From contig JADLFQ010000018.1 of assembly GCA_020845515.1 (NCBI GenBank), positions 5,186 through 69,185 on the forward strand: DNA of 64,000 bases. Reading direction: 5' to 3'. A model generated the notes under the pieces. That model did no database searches. It was not told the origin of the DNA and worked only from the letters and a program-made list of their open reading frames with translations. Positions 39,701-47,676 of the stretch are shown here, one piece after another. A program made the translations under genes and the position numbers. Source of the stretch: Anaerolineaceae bacterium (lineage in GTDB: Bacteria > Chloroflexota > Anaerolineae > Anaerolineales > Anaerolineaceae). Each line of letters opens with the position of its first letter. Position 1 is the first letter of the stretch.

Positions 39701-41974
39701 GTCGCCGAATTTTTCTGCGGTCACCCGTACGGTGAAGAGCAGATCAATCATCTTGGGGTCGTTGACCGGGTCATCGTAGCTGCCGAACGAGAATTTGACC
39801 GAGTTGTCGGCGGTGGAGGGGGAGATTGTCACACTGGCGGGGTCGAGCCCACGTGTGTCGGCGGGGCCGCGCATCCATGTTCCGGCATCGGGGATGACCT
39901 CCGAGCCGGTGTATTTGGGCCAAGTGGTCAGGTTGGAATTGTCGGTGTTTGGGTCCTGGGCATGGAAGATTGGCAGGGGCAGAAAGTCGGTCAACGAGAA
40001 ATCGAAGAAATCGCCGGTCAGCAGGTCGTACTGCAGGCGGTAAGTGAGCGTATCGCCCGCGGCGATCTGGATGCTGGTGCACGGGTTGAAGGCGTTGCAC
40101 AACGCGCCGTTGCGCGCCACGATGGTCTTTTCCACGCTGCCGCGCCCGATGTTGACATCCGCAGAACTGCTGCGGCTGCGTATGGTTGCGGTGATTGTGC
40201 ACGGGCCGGGGCTGCAGGTTGCGGTGTCAACCAAATTTCCGCGGATTGAAGCGGTATCGTTGAGCGTATCGCCCATACGAACGGACTCGCCGGGATAGGT
40301 ATCGGCATAGGTGTCTTCAATGATTGCGTAGAAGACCACCCGCCCGGTGGCGGCGGCGTTGGCGTGTCCCAAGCCATCGTTTACGTAATCTCCCAGCACC
40401 TGATCGCTGACAGCCCGGCCGCGCAGCTCTTGTGCGAGATCGAAGGTGATTGTTGTGCGGCCGTCGTTGGCGGCGGGGTCGTCCTGGTCGCATTCTGCGC
40501 CGGGGCCGCCGGTGTAGTTGCAATTGACGGTTACGTTGGCCGGGTTGAAGGTGTAGTTTTCGGCTGTCCCGTCGCGCGTGATGTGCAGGGCGGGCTGGAG
40601 GCTGGCATTTGTGTAATAATGCTGTCCGTCCGGCAGCAAGTCTTCAACGGTAAGGTTGGCAAAGCCGAAATAATCGGAGATTTCAAACGTCAGGGTATAG
40701 GCGATGATATCGCCGGGCGTTGCACCGGCCTCGCCGGTGTTGACTGCGATGGCGCTGTCTTTGCCGAGGGTGATGCTGCGGTCGTTGGAGGTGGATGAGC
40801 TGGGGCCGATATCTGTGTTGGTCAATGTGACCGGTGGTGAGCCGTCTGAGGGATCCCAGGTAATTGAATCTACTGTTGCGGTGTTGGTGGAGGTGCTTTC
40901 GGCGGTGGAAACACCGCTGGCGTCAAATTCCGGGATGTAGTAGTCAAAGGAGACGGTAATATCGCTGGTGACGGGGCCATCGTAATGCAGTTGGATTGTC
41001 TGTCCGCTGTGCGGCAGGCCGTCCACCGGCGGCGCGGAAACCGTGGTTGCGGCCGGATTGCTTGTCAGCCCGCCCAGGTAGACGATGCTGTCGGGAAGGG
41101 TGTCGGTGATATCAATATCGCGGAAGGACTGCCCCCCGGCGACATTAACGGTAATGGTGTAGCGCGCCGGGTTGTTGGGGCCGGTGGCGATGTTGGTATT
41201 GGAACTTGTTTTGGAGAGGAGGACGACGGTCGGGATGACGTCTGAGTGGGGCGCCCAGGTTATGGGGGCGCCGCTGTCGGAGACGATGGTCGTATCCACC
41301 GGGGTGGTGCAGCACCAGTCTATTGTCGGCGTGCGCCCATACTGAAAGCCGGCGCGGCCGCGCACGGTGAGTGCATCGCCGAGGTTGGCGTTGGGACTCA
41401 GGCGCGCCGGTACTGTGACCGTTACCGGGGGCTGGCCGGAGGTGAAGGAACCGTAGGGGATCTTGATCGAGACGATTTGGTCGCCGGCTTTGCCGCACAC
41501 CGGCAGGAAGAAGCCCGCTGTATCCAACCCCCAGGGGTGATTTACACAACCCTGGCCTGATCCGTCATCGGGAAAGGTCTGGGTGACGACGGTCAACACC
41601 TCGCCGGTATCCGTCGTGGCGGTGTAGTTTGCACCGGATGCCGGGCTGATGCCGTCGTAATTGGGTTCATCCGGGAAAACGCCATCGGGCCCGGTGTGAG
41701 GGATATATAGATCAATGAAGGGACCGTAACCGGTGTCTCCGTTGTTCTTAAATGTTGCTGTGATGTTAAAGGTGTCGCCCAGCATGACCGAGCCGGTATT
41801 GATTGTAACCGCAGGCAGCGGTACGAAGAGCGGGCGTTCCTGGCTGGAAGGCAGCGGCGCGGCAGACACGCTTTGCGCGGGTACAGTGGATATTAATATG
41901 GAGAGGGCCACAAGACCGGAGAGCAGGCAGGAGAAAATAGCTGGTCTTGTCTGTGGTGTGGTTGTATTGTGCAT
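30740..41974 (-). CDS. giant secreted surface protein with many DUF11-type (conserved repeat domain) Ig-like modules, a C-terminal LPKTG motif and a fused sortase domain
   Basis: Single uninterrupted ORF of about 11.2 kb. The signal peptide follows the MHNTTTPQTRPAIFSCLLSGLVALSILISTVPAQSVSA start (41974; the track start 42019 lacks an RBS). Repeated units of the type LTYTVRFANTGTAIAHDVIAEDTLPAGF occur more than 10 times. Confidence 0.85.
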   Translation of the reverse strand: MHNTTTPQTRPAIFSCLLSGLVALSILISTVPAQSVSAAPLPSSQERPLFVPLPAVTINTGSVMLGDTFNITATFKNNGDTGYGPFIDLYIPHTGPDGVFPDEPNYDGISPASGANYTATTDTGEVLTVVTQTFPDDGSGQGCVNHPWGLDTAGFFLPVCGKAGDQIVSIKIPYGSFTSGQPPVTVTVPARLSPNANLGDALTVRGRAGFQYGRTPTIDWCCTTPVDTTIVSDSGAPITWAPHSDVIPTVVLLSKTSSNTNIATGPNNPARYTITVNVAGGQSFRDIDITDTLPDSIVYLGGLTSNPAATTVSAPPVDGLPHSGQTIQLHYDGPVTSDITVSFDYYIPEFDASGVSTAESTSTNTATVDSITWDPSDGSPPVTLTNTDIGPSSSTSNDRSITLGKDSAIAVNTGEAGATPGDIIAYTLTFEISDYFGFANLTVEDLLPDGQHYYTNASLQPALHITRDGTAENYTFNPANVTVNCNYTGGPGAECDQDDPAANDGRTTITFDLAQELRGRAVSDQVLGDYVNDGLGHANAAATGRVVFYAIIEDTYADTYPGESVRMGDTLNDTASIRGNLVDTATCSPGPCTITATIRSRSSSADVNIGRGSVEKTIVARNGALCNAFNPCTSIQIAAGDTLTYRLQYDLLTGDFFDFSLTDFLPLPIFHAQDPNTDNSNLTTWPKYTGSEVIPDAGTWMRGPADTRGLDPASVTISPSTADNSVKFSFGSYDDPVNDPKMIDLLFTVRVTAEKFGDGLKMRNSVLQQDANSPGSLSSQNTFMDVTLTEPVLVGSKSVISTDHAGVVPNPPIPAPIVFSTPGSIGAPWNTGSPLNSVYLAANPLGSGIGGIDGGDLVKFAIVIENTGSGLNGAFDITVRDILPAGYMIPVPAIGLGGFNLQIYRGDGVALDDGTGSSLQYMGASNTPLDFFDQGIRINDPVLPPGDPEYGKGACQGHDTTNGKNVILITYDLMVKPDVAPGQLLENKGQITHYSGSEGGDNYVDIPIEDSANSTIANPALAKIVTGTELNNAQNSATQAVIGELVSYRLTMTIPEGSSPDTVIVDTLDAGLAFVRQDSVTLSDPANLTVSGSTTPAITNNGQTLTWALGTVTNTANSTGIDETLTFEYTAVVLNVSSNQSGSVLSNSVRIDWNTLDADGSTVAASAGPVSAPGITVIEPTLAAVKTVNPATADAGDPVEYTITLAHAAGSQTDALDVTFSDALPRCSAGGASALNISDPVAALTVADTAGLVTAANFELAGGNAAGWTLRTPSGGSFDLPRTAGRLITIRVSGTMAYCVIPGQVLANTARVDWTSLDGDINDRSTQNTASDERRGSGTAWDDYNASSTVNVTIASAQPSKYLVQTSEAHTAGPVAPYQPTTPASAVPVAIGEIIRYRLVVSLPEGTSSNFQILDSLPNGLVFLDDNTAKAVFVSNGGITSSSYGALPIPGVTDPNCQITGSTANGLTPAIPANCSVLADNNLSLTNSSSNDGTDLFVSSSDPYIKLGSLVNNDNDADAEYVIVEFNALVDNYGGANSNDANETQFNRFRIYANNASGSLVQVGGYSNNTYHRIVEPAITNLTKTAVPAVGQAGDTITYTLTFSNANAAYNTTAFDVHITDIVPAKMAASLGALNVTSTPANCATGVDTSTSAGNNIDITIASVPVNCQVIITYPALILYTITASDVLDNTANLTYTSLPGPNGTPANPTSSVTPGASGSNTGERDGVSPGAQNDYKTSAAASVTAPDFSAIKSIVASSDSGTTGASLTIGETVRYRLAVTLPQGTFQSTILTDTLPAGFSYAGNPKLSFVADQDITEAADLAGADNDAVPPTFDVPAARVSVAGQVVTITLDDIVNNDLSNDTDDEYLIVEFDALVTDNIVNANAALKNNDFTVTATGTTATSAPVTAAIVEPVITTTKSVAPVTGVQAGDALSYTVRFTNTGSATAYDVTAQDTLAQGVAFNTAAFSGVCTFFDGAVSTPIPAAAAAAGNTITFDGIPAGSWDLPATAANAYIECTYPAVAQNSLHLHGAHTNTIDADWYSLNTGGGRHYDDSVSRPGVDGAQDTASAVFTSPAPAITKDDGGVTQTVVGNTITFTLTISGPMGTLRSAAVTDHLPAGLVYNNDAVINGLPAATPSVSAPNDGSAPVTVTWNFGDAEKTLANATIIYSARVADVTSNVNGTNLVNEVWLDHHFADDTAAPRQISSAFSTITESIITTTKSVVPATGVQAGDTLTYTVRFANTGTAIAHDVIAEDTLPAGFQFNALTSCVNQTSVAVPSQASQAGAVLTLQGSPAGSWDIPVGGYIQCIYTVNIQSNITLDGDYTNTVDADWASRDGGGRIYNDSVSRPGVDGTQDTATATVTSTGATISKDDGGVTQEVIGGKVHITLTITSPLGTLQDAKVVDTLPAGLIYDAGSQTVSSGIGAATFTASSPNDGSAAVTLTWDFGDTVVSTPTITIEYDAIVANVNANANGSHLVNEVELTYTSQGGTSRSSMDSDDFYIVEPVLTIDKEIASIDVTPDAGDTVTYRVTLAPASGSTAAAFDVHFLDTLPAAVTLVPGSVSATLNGGALGVTDNSTASVVNVLIGSIPNTTGSSVVITYSVTLNQSVTPAQLIANTGDVTWTSTPGGNPNERNGGDGPGGALNDYAAADGTSFTISDPLFSKSIALTSAPHTVDPSVAIGETITFALQITLPEGTTPSLHIPDDLPAGLQFVVGSVQVDTTGFAGTVGTVTVTPVAPPVGSGDDLDITIGSTVVTANNNDTDNSFIIRFQAAVLNEAGSQDGTALVNSAYLEVGSITTPASTAQANVVEPLLAIQKTASTASPVLGETITYNLTVNHNANSHANAFDVIISDTLNAVFLAPVNIASSSVPGGCATGVDTTNSSGQLVDVRAASLPLGCQLVVTFDTQLATPAPAIGGALPNTASVNWTSLPGADANERTGSGGVNDYSASSTQDLTFTNVDLSISKDDGLAGSPAAAGSTISYTITYGNSGSLAATGVIIHETVPAHTTFNTAASTSGWSCANGSPAGTACQLTIASVPAAATGLTAVFAVNVIDPLPAGITQTDNHVKINDDGTHGDEPTPADNEDDTTTTLDAAPDLVITKSNGVSAVTPGSALVYAIQVRNDGTQEAAGITITETVPAETTFNAAGSSPGWTGCANGDPAGTVCSYTISSLAGYTAAPAILFAVTVDSPVTAGATSIANTASIADDGSNGPDGNPTDNTATDTDALVTLPNTDLTKIIAADTPGANTTTPNAAIGEVFTYEVRFTVPTGTMDNLVMTDTLDPGLAFIGCDSLVSDTAPSNLSYTLGAGLPLTDLSAVCSAAAITSVPDPANPAYAADTSPGRRMTLNFGSLTNTGAEEHLLIRYRVAVLDVLGNQAGGSLTNTAVWTWDGALPLQKSAAPVQIVEPALGLVKVVNTPIAMVGSIVTFSLRVAQLPGSTMDAFDVILTDPIPMGLTYIPGSLQIASGPAGTVNDSNLSRLVVEWPVFPLSTSGTPTEALLTFQARVDSFPNGSSVVNTASVAWSSLPGDVSAPLSTHNIHAHERHYDPAHPADIYYVSAQATISLPEELPKTGFAPGRVTPLAAQPPDRAYDQMSGMSLSIPALGVWSQIVGVPYGAEAWDLTWLNGQVGYLEGTAFPTWEGNSGLTAHVYRADGMPGPFINLKNLHWGDRIIIQAFGSKYIYEVREVYWTAPSDLRPLRHEAKPWLTLITCQGYDEKNNSYAWRTVVRAVQVKIEAE
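30743..31252 (-). other. LPKTG sorting motif (31238-31252) followed in the same polypeptide by a sortase catalytic domain
   Basis: ...EELPKTGFAPGRV...LSIPALGV...NSGLTAHVY (His)...WLTLITCQGYDEKNNSYAWRTVVRAV (TLxTC Cys and Arg). This resembles S. aureus SrtA QLTLITCDDYNEKTGVWEKRKIFVA (quoted from memory). Confidence 0.75.
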
Positions 41975-42210
41975 GGCATGACCCCTAAAGAATTGAATTG
42001 ATAAAATCGCCAACAGCATTAAGCTTTAGATGTAAAAATCCCCGCATCATCGGTTCAACTTCCTATTATACTGATAAAAACAAATAATAAACACCAATTT
42101 GATTTGTAATTGTATTGTAAGGTGGAGCGCATGGTTTTTGCACCCTGCTAAAAATTGACGGGGCGGCTCTGAAATTCGGCATCTTACATATAATTACAAA
42201 GGAGAACATA

Positions 42211-44154
42211 TTGACCGTACACTGGAGGCGTATGCAAAAAATCACTTTCCAATCACGTGCTCGTTACTGGTTTGACAACCTGGTCGCCAGGGGGCCGGCC
42301 GCGCTGATAGCCGGTTTGTTTCTGCTTTCGCTCACGCTGATCCTGCTGGTCTCGCTGGTGGTGGCGGTCTCGGGCATTGCCCCGCAGGATGGTGGGGGCG
42401 CTAATCCCTCCTTTATCCAAATTGCCTGGATGAGCCTGATGCGCACACTCGACGCCGGCACAATGGGCGGCGACAGCGGAAGCTGGTATTATCTGCTGGC
42501 GATGTTTATCGTTACGCTGGGCGGTGTTTTTATTGTTTCGACGTTGATCGGTGTGCTGACCTCCGGCATTGATGGCAAGCTTGAGGAAATCCGCAAGGGG
42601 CGCTCGCTGGTGGTGGAGCAGGGGCATACCGTTATTCTTGGCTGGGCGCCGCAGATTTTCACCATCCTCTCGGAGTTGATCCTTGCCAATGCCAATCGGA
42701 GGCGCGCGGTTGTTGCCATTCTGGCGGAGAAGGATAAGGTGGAGATGGAGGATGAGATCCGCGCCCACCTGCCGCATACGGGCAGTACGCGCATTGTCTG
42801 CCGCACCGGCAGCCCGGTTGAGATTGCTGACCTGGAGATTGTCAACCCGCAAGCATCGCGGGCGATCATCATCCTGCCCGCCGAGGAGAGTGAAACCCCC
42901 GACTCCAATACCATCAAGACCATCCTGGCGCTGACGAACGCCCCCGACCGCCGGCTGGACCGTTACCACATTGTCGCGGCGCTCCACAATCCTAAAAACT
43001 TCGAAGTGGCGCGGATGGTCGGGAAGGACGAGGTGGAGCTGGTGCTGGTAGGCCGCCTGATCGCGCGCGTCACCGCGCAGACCTGCCGCCAGTCGGGCCT
43101 GTCGGTGGTTTATACCAAACTGCTGGATTTTGACGGCGATGAGATCTACTTTCAGGAAGAAGCAGCCCTGACAGGCAGCACCTTTGGCGAAGCGCTGATG
43201 CGATACGAAGATTCTGCGGTGATCGGGCTGGAGAAAGACGGGCGCGTGCTGCTTAACCCGCCGATGGATATGCCGATTGCCGCCGGTGACCGGGTGATTG
43301 CCGTCTCTGCGGATGATGACACCATCCGCCTTTCCGGAATAGCGCATAACGCCATTGATGAAAGCGCCATCCGCTCTGCTGATTGTGCGTCGCCTGAACC
43401 CGTTCCCGAGCGCACGCTGATGCTTGGCTGGAACCGGCGCGCGCCCCTTATCATCCGTGAGATGGAAAACTACACGCCGCGCGGCTCGGAGGTGACGATT
43501 GTGGCCGAAACCCAAGCCTTTGAGCAGCCCGGCTTTCTCAAGCGGGTGCATCTGGACGGCATGAAACATCAGACGCTGCGCCTGCAGTACGGTGATACGA
43601 CCGACCGCCAGACGCTCGACACGCTGGACACGCACGCCTATGACCGCATCATCGTCCTGAGCTATTCGGATAACCTGGCGCGGCAGGAGGCTGACGCCCG
43701 TACGCTGATCACCCTGCTGCACTTGCGCGATATGGCGGAAAAGAGCGACAGCGACTTTACGATCATCAGTGAGATGCTCGATGTGCGCAACCGCGACCTG
43801 GCTGAATCGACGCGTGCGGATGATTTTATCATCAGCGACCGTCTGATCAGCCTGATGCTGACGCAGATTTCGGAGAACAAGCAACTTGGTGCGGTTTTTG
43901 CCGATTTATTTGACGCCGAGGGCTGTGAACTGTATATCAAACCGGCGGCGATGTTCGTTGAAACCGGCAAGGCGCTCAATTTCTACACTGTTGTTGAGGC
44001 CGCCCGGCGCTGTGGGGCGGTTGCCATCGGCTATCGCATTCACGCGGAGGCGCATGACGCCGCAGCGGAATATGGCATTCATATCAATCCGCGCAAATCG
44101 CAGATGGTCACCTTTGTACCTGAAGACCGTATCATCGTGCTGGCGGAGAAGTAG
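42211..44154 (+). CDS. CASTOR/POLLUX-related putative ion channel with tandem RCK-like domains
   Basis: N-terminal RARYWFDNLVARGPAALIAGLFLLSL plus TM and pore-like segments, then two Rossmann-like RCK regions (HTVILGW..., RTLMLGWN...). The TTG start follows AAGGAG. An alternative ATG lies at 42232. Confidence 0.65.
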   Translation: MTVHWRRMQKITFQSRARYWFDNLVARGPAALIAGLFLLSLTLILLVSLVVAVSGIAPQDGGGANPSFIQIAWMSLMRTLDAGTMGGDSGSWYYLLAMFIVTLGGVFIVSTLIGVLTSGIDGKLEEIRKGRSLVVEQGHTVILGWAPQIFTILSELILANANRRRAVVAILAEKDKVEMEDEIRAHLPHTGSTRIVCRTGSPVEIADLEIVNPQASRAIIILPAEESETPDSNTIKTILALTNAPDRRLDRYHIVAALHNPKNFEVARMVGKDEVELVLVGRLIARVTAQTCRQSGLSVVYTKLLDFDGDEIYFQEEAALTGSTFGEALMRYEDSAVIGLEKDGRVLLNPPMDMPIAAGDRVIAVSADDDTIRLSGIAHNAIDESAIRSADCASPEPVPERTLMLGWNRRAPLIIREMENYTPRGSEVTIVAETQAFEQPGFLKRVHLDGMKHQTLRLQYGDTTDRQTLDTLDTHAYDRIIVLSYSDNLARQEADARTLITLLHLRDMAEKSDSDFTIISEMLDVRNRDLAESTRADDFIISDRLISLMLTQISENKQLGAVFADLFDAEGCELYIKPAAMFVETGKALNFYTVVEAARRCGAVAIGYRIHAEAHDAAAEYGIHINPRKSQMVTFVPEDRIIVLAEK

Positions 44155-44165
44155 GCATTTATCAT

Positions 44166-44198
44166 ACTGAAGCTTCCGGGCTGTCCGGAAGCTTCAGT
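44166..44198 (+). terminator. intrinsic-terminator-like hairpin between convergent genes
   Basis: ACTGAAGCTTCCGG-gctgt-CCGGAAGCTTCAGT is a perfect 14-bp stem, followed by GTGGGCTTTGTTTG. Confidence 0.6.
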
Positions 44199-44325
44199 GT
44201 GGGCTTTGTTTGTCTGTACTGTGCCGCTGGCTTATGCGGGAGTGAGGAAAGCCCGAAGCCGGGGAAGGGTTTATCAGCCGCGCATGCCGTCCGCGGCGCA
44301 CCTGGGCGGTTTTGCACGAAGGGAG

Positions 44326-44862
44326 TTACTCAAACTCCCACCGGTCAGTTCCATTGAGCAGCGCGCGGAGATGATTGATTTCGCCAGCATGATAAAGATC
44401 GTGGGCGATCATAATGCGGATGATGGTACGAGTGGGCAAACGTTTTCCCCAATGCGTAAGGCGTTCTTTCTCCAATTCGGCATCATTGGAGAGGGTGCGA
44501 ACCGAATCGAGCCAGTGTTTATGTCCCTCGGTGAGCCAGCGTAGAAGCTCATCATAGGGGCGCGAACGCGCTCCGCCAGGAGGGACAAGCGGAGGTTGAT
44601 CGCCGCGCATGGCAGCAGACCCGAAAGCATAGTTTTCGTACATCCATTTGCACCAACCGACATGTTCCAGGATATCGGCAATTGAACGCCCGGCGCCAAC
44701 TGGAAGGCTTGTCCATTCGTCGTCTTTCATATCATGGAGGTTGGCAAGAAGTGAATGAGTGGAATCTTCCTGGAAGGCATCTTCAATAAGCCAAACGAGG
44801 GTGTCAATGGCAGTACGAGAGCCTGCATTTCCACCAGATTGATTATTTAAAGCCATGTTCAT
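44326..44862 (-). CDS. DinB-family protein
   Basis: Start MNMALNNQ is preceded by AGGAGGAAAAAA. Four-helix DinB pattern with H...H...DLYHAGEINHL. Confidence 0.75.
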   Translation of the reverse strand: MNMALNNQSGGNAGSRTAIDTLVWLIEDAFQEDSTHSLLANLHDMKDDEWTSLPVGAGRSIADILEHVGWCKWMYENYAFGSAAMRGDQPPLVPPGGARSRPYDELLRWLTEGHKHWLDSVRTLSNDAELEKERLTHWGKRLPTRTIIRIMIAHDLYHAGEINHLRALLNGTDRWEFE

Positions 44863-44863
44863 T

Positions 44864-45019
44864 TTTTTCCTCCTATTGTTAGCGCATATTTTGCTGTGAA
44901 GCGACCACCCGGCGATAAGCGCTGCCTGCGTGCGGGCGGGCGTGGACCCGGTTTGGGGGCGGAAAAACTTGAAGCCGGAAGAATGCAGACTCATGCATGT
45001 CAGGTATGGGTTGTGTCGG
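44864..45019 (-). repeat. degenerate attC-like remnant
   Basis: The minus strand keeps ...CCTGACATG... and GCGCTAAC-AATAGGA, aligned with the L''-TGAC and L' (GCTAAC)-7-nt blocks of the better sites. The R' position is replaced by the DinB RBS. Confidence 0.3.
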
Positions 45020-45027
45020 AGGCTTTT

Positions 45028-45732
45028 TCATGATGGAATCACCATGAATGCCCCCATCATCCAAAATAATCCATGGGCAACGAAGGGGGCAATCAAACTT
45101 GTCCCTCGTTTCCGCAACAAACCCAGGATAATCCCTGTCACAAATGCAGAGCCGAAATCAAGAGGGTGACTCAAATAGCCAAGGTGTGCTGCAGAAAAAA
45201 TAACCGCTTGAACGATAACCGCCGGCCAAACGCTCATCTTTTCTGCGAGGAGCGGCTGCAAGTACCCGCGATACAAATTTTCTTCCACCCAGGCAGGCAA
45301 GCCAAAAGCAAAAAACATTACGAGAAGTAACCGGGCCGGGCTGGGGGTAAACATTTCCGGCTGTGCGGTGTTTCCTTTGAGCATTGCCCATACAATGATA
45401 TTGATATATAGCAATATAAAACCAACCACACCCAGCCCAATGGATTTGAGCACACCCTTTCGTACCCAACCTAATTCCTGCCATGAGGTTTTGGTTAACC
45501 AAACAATTCCCCCCGCGATCAGCCCCATGGACATTAGAACGAACCACAGCAATAAAAATAAAGCAAAGAGGGGGGATTCCTGGAAGTCAAGAGAGCCAAA
45601 CCATTGCCGCCAAATGGCAGTTTCGATGAAGCGCATTAGCGAAAAAGCCACAACCAACATTCCCCCCCACAGGAGACGGTTGTTTTGAAACCATGCACGA
45701 AAGTTTTTTGACTCAGTTGTCATGTTTTTCAC
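45028..45732 (-). CDS. CPBP-family intramembrane glutamic endopeptidase (CAAX protease-like)
   Basis: Multi-TM protein with the VEENLYRG (EExxxR) and FSAAH motifs. Confidence 0.75.
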   Translation of the reverse strand: MKNMTTESKNFRAWFQNNRLLWGGMLVVAFSLMRFIETAIWRQWFGSLDFQESPLFALFLLLWFVLMSMGLIAGGIVWLTKTSWQELGWVRKGVLKSIGLGVVGFILLYINIIVWAMLKGNTAQPEMFTPSPARLLLVMFFAFGLPAWVEENLYRGYLQPLLAEKMSVWPAVIVQAVIFSAAHLGYLSHPLDFGSAFVTGIILGLLRKRGTSLIAPFVAHGLFWMMGAFMVIPS

Positions 45733-46083
45733 TTTAGTGTTTATGGTGCAGGGCGGAGCGCCCGGCGATTAATTATACGAACTTGTGTGCGGCTGTCGTC
45801 ATCCTGTGCAAAGGTGTATTGCACTGCAACCAGGCCTGTTCCTTCAAACAACCGGCTGTGTACTGATTTTAAAATATTATACATGCGGGCTTGTAAAATC
45901 AAATACCCATGACCGATCCGCGCGGCAGGATTATGCGCCGCCAGCCTCCCGCCTCAGGGGTTCGGGCGGACGACCGGGGCGGCAAGGTTTTCCCCCTGTT
46001 ATTCCTGCCGTCCTGGATTTCCGGCTTTCGGAAAGAACCTGATCTTATTTTTTGCTGCCCTGCCAGCAGCCGGACAGGGTGCT

Positions 46084-46551
46084 TCAGGGTTTAGGTGCGT
46101 GAGGGCTGACGTAATCGCCCACCGGGGTGCGGAAGGCGACGTTCATCCGGTTCCAACCATTGATCGCGATGATCGCCAGGGTCAAGTCTACCAGGGTTTT
46201 TTCGTCGAAGTGTTCACGCACTTCGGCGTAGAGCTCATCGGATATTTCCTCTGCGGCGACCAGGGTGACTGCTTCGGTCCAGGCCAGCGCGGCGCGCTCG
46301 CGCGCGCTGTAGCACGGAGCCTCGCGCCAGGTTGGAAGCAGGTATAGGCGCTGCTCGGTTTCGCCGCGGGCGCGGGCGTCTTTGGTGTGCATGTCCAGGC
46401 ACCAGGCGCAGCCGTTGATTTGCGAAGCGCGGGACTTAACCAGCTCCAGCAGAGATTCCTCAAGATCGCTCTTGTGAACCTGCTGTTCGGTATGCATTAA
46501 AGCGTTGAAGGCGCCGGGGGATGAAAGCTTGTAATCGAGTCGTTGACTCAT
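46084..46551 (-). CDS. carboxymuconolactone decarboxylase/AhpD-like family protein
   Basis: INGCAWCLDMH CxxC motif, 155 aa. Confidence 0.8.
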   Translation of the reverse strand: MSQRLDYKLSSPGAFNALMHTEQQVHKSDLEESLLELVKSRASQINGCAWCLDMHTKDARARGETEQRLYLLPTWREAPCYSARERAALAWTEAVTLVAAEEISDELYAEVREHFDEKTLVDLTLAIIAINGWNRMNVAFRTPVGDYVSPHAPKP

Positions 46552-47411
46552 TGGATACCTCCTTGCAAGGCGTTTTTAGGATTTGTAAACAACCCCTGGA
46601 TACTTTCGTAACCCAGGGCGGCATCGAGACCATCAAAGCAGCCGCTGCTTTGCAATTGCCCGGCGGCATCGCGGGCGGCTGATAATGCCATCATAGCCAG
46701 CCTGGTGGCGGTGCTGACGCGTGCCACACCGAGGCGGCCAAGTTCTGCCAGATTTGGCAGGCCGGCGCGGGCGCTGATGTTGACCGGCGCTTCGATCTCC
46801 GTACACAGCCGGGCAATCACTTCGGGTTTTCCCAGGGCGATAGGAAAGATGCAATCGGCGCCGGCTTCAAGATAGGTGTGTGCCCGGCGCAACGTCTCTT
46901 CAATGCGCGCGGCTTCACTGGCGCTGCCGCCGATTATCCAGGTGTCAACGCGCGCGTTGATTACGATCGGCACCCCGGCCTGATGAGCGGCTTGCCGCGC
47001 GGCTGCGATTCGCTGGGCGGCATCGCCTATGTCGCGCAAGCGCTCGTGGCGGACACCGTCCTCCAGGTTGATGCCGGCGATACCGGTATCAATGAGTTTG
47101 CGGACACTGGCAGCCACCGCTCCGGGCGAGTCTCCGTAGCCTGCTTCAAAGTCCACGCTGACCGGGAGCGGGGTGACGCGTACCACGCGCCGGATCGCGG
47201 CGATGACCTCATCCAGCGGCGCCTGCTCGCCATCGGGGTAGCCCAGGGACCAAGCCACACCGCCGCTGGTGGTGGCGATGGCGTCGAAACCAAGGCTGGC
47301 GAAGACCAGCGCACTGCCGGCATCCCAGGCGTTGGGCAAGAGCAACACCCGGCTGCGGTCGTGCAGCGCACGAAAACGCTGTACTTGCTGAATTTGTAAG
47401 TCTTTCTCCAT
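46548..47411 (-). CDS. isocitrate lyase/PEP mutase family protein (methylisocitrate lyase-like)
   Basis: Start at MEKDLQIQQVQRFRALH (47411). LLLPNAWDAGSA, ATTSGG and INLEDG motifs. ATGA overlap with the downstream gene. Confidence 0.75.
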   Translation of the reverse strand: MEKDLQIQQVQRFRALHDRSRVLLLPNAWDAGSALVFASLGFDAIATTSGGVAWSLGYPDGEQAPLDEVIAAIRRVVRVTPLPVSVDFEAGYGDSPGAVAASVRKLIDTGIAGINLEDGVRHERLRDIGDAAQRIAAARQAAHQAGVPIVINARVDTWIIGGSASEAARIEETLRRAHTYLEAGADCIFPIALGKPEVIARLCTEIEAPVNISARAGLPNLAELGRLGVARVSTATRLAMMALSAARDAAGQLQSSGCFDGLDAALGYESIQGLFTNPKNALQGGIQ

Positions 47412-47676
47412 ATTCAACCCTCTCCAAATCATACCGCAGTTTTTGCCACTTTCACCGGGCAATTTGTAATGAAATTCCTTTATTTTATCCAATTTGTATA
47501 AATCATTCATCCCTTGTTGCACGCGGGCTGAGGGTTTTATTCGTGAATTGCGGATGGGCTGGGAGTTTACCCGCCTGCACAGGCACACGCGGGCGCAGAA
47601 AAATGCCCGACTGCCTGAAGGTCATGCCGCAGTTTCACGTATCAGGTAAATACTGTATTGTGCGCTGGTACTGCCA

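Noticed and set aside
42253-43884. 543-aa ORF antisense to the ion-channel gene. Similar long antisense ORFs lie at 23828..24997, 14150..15319, 12511..13338, 4151..5227 and 5364..6134.
   Set aside because: They have R/P/G/H/Q-rich, low-complexity composition typical of off-frame reading in high-GC DNA. Each fully overlaps a gene with clear family motifs on the other strand.
45733-46083. Promoter calls (TATAAT boxes near 45770 and 45878) and a nested GCCGCC/CCGCC palindrome at about 45940-45990 as an attC
   Set aside because: The -35/-10 spacings are non-canonical and there are no RYYYAAC/GTTRRRY boxes. This is plausible regulatory or structured DNA, but the evidence is too weak for a feature.
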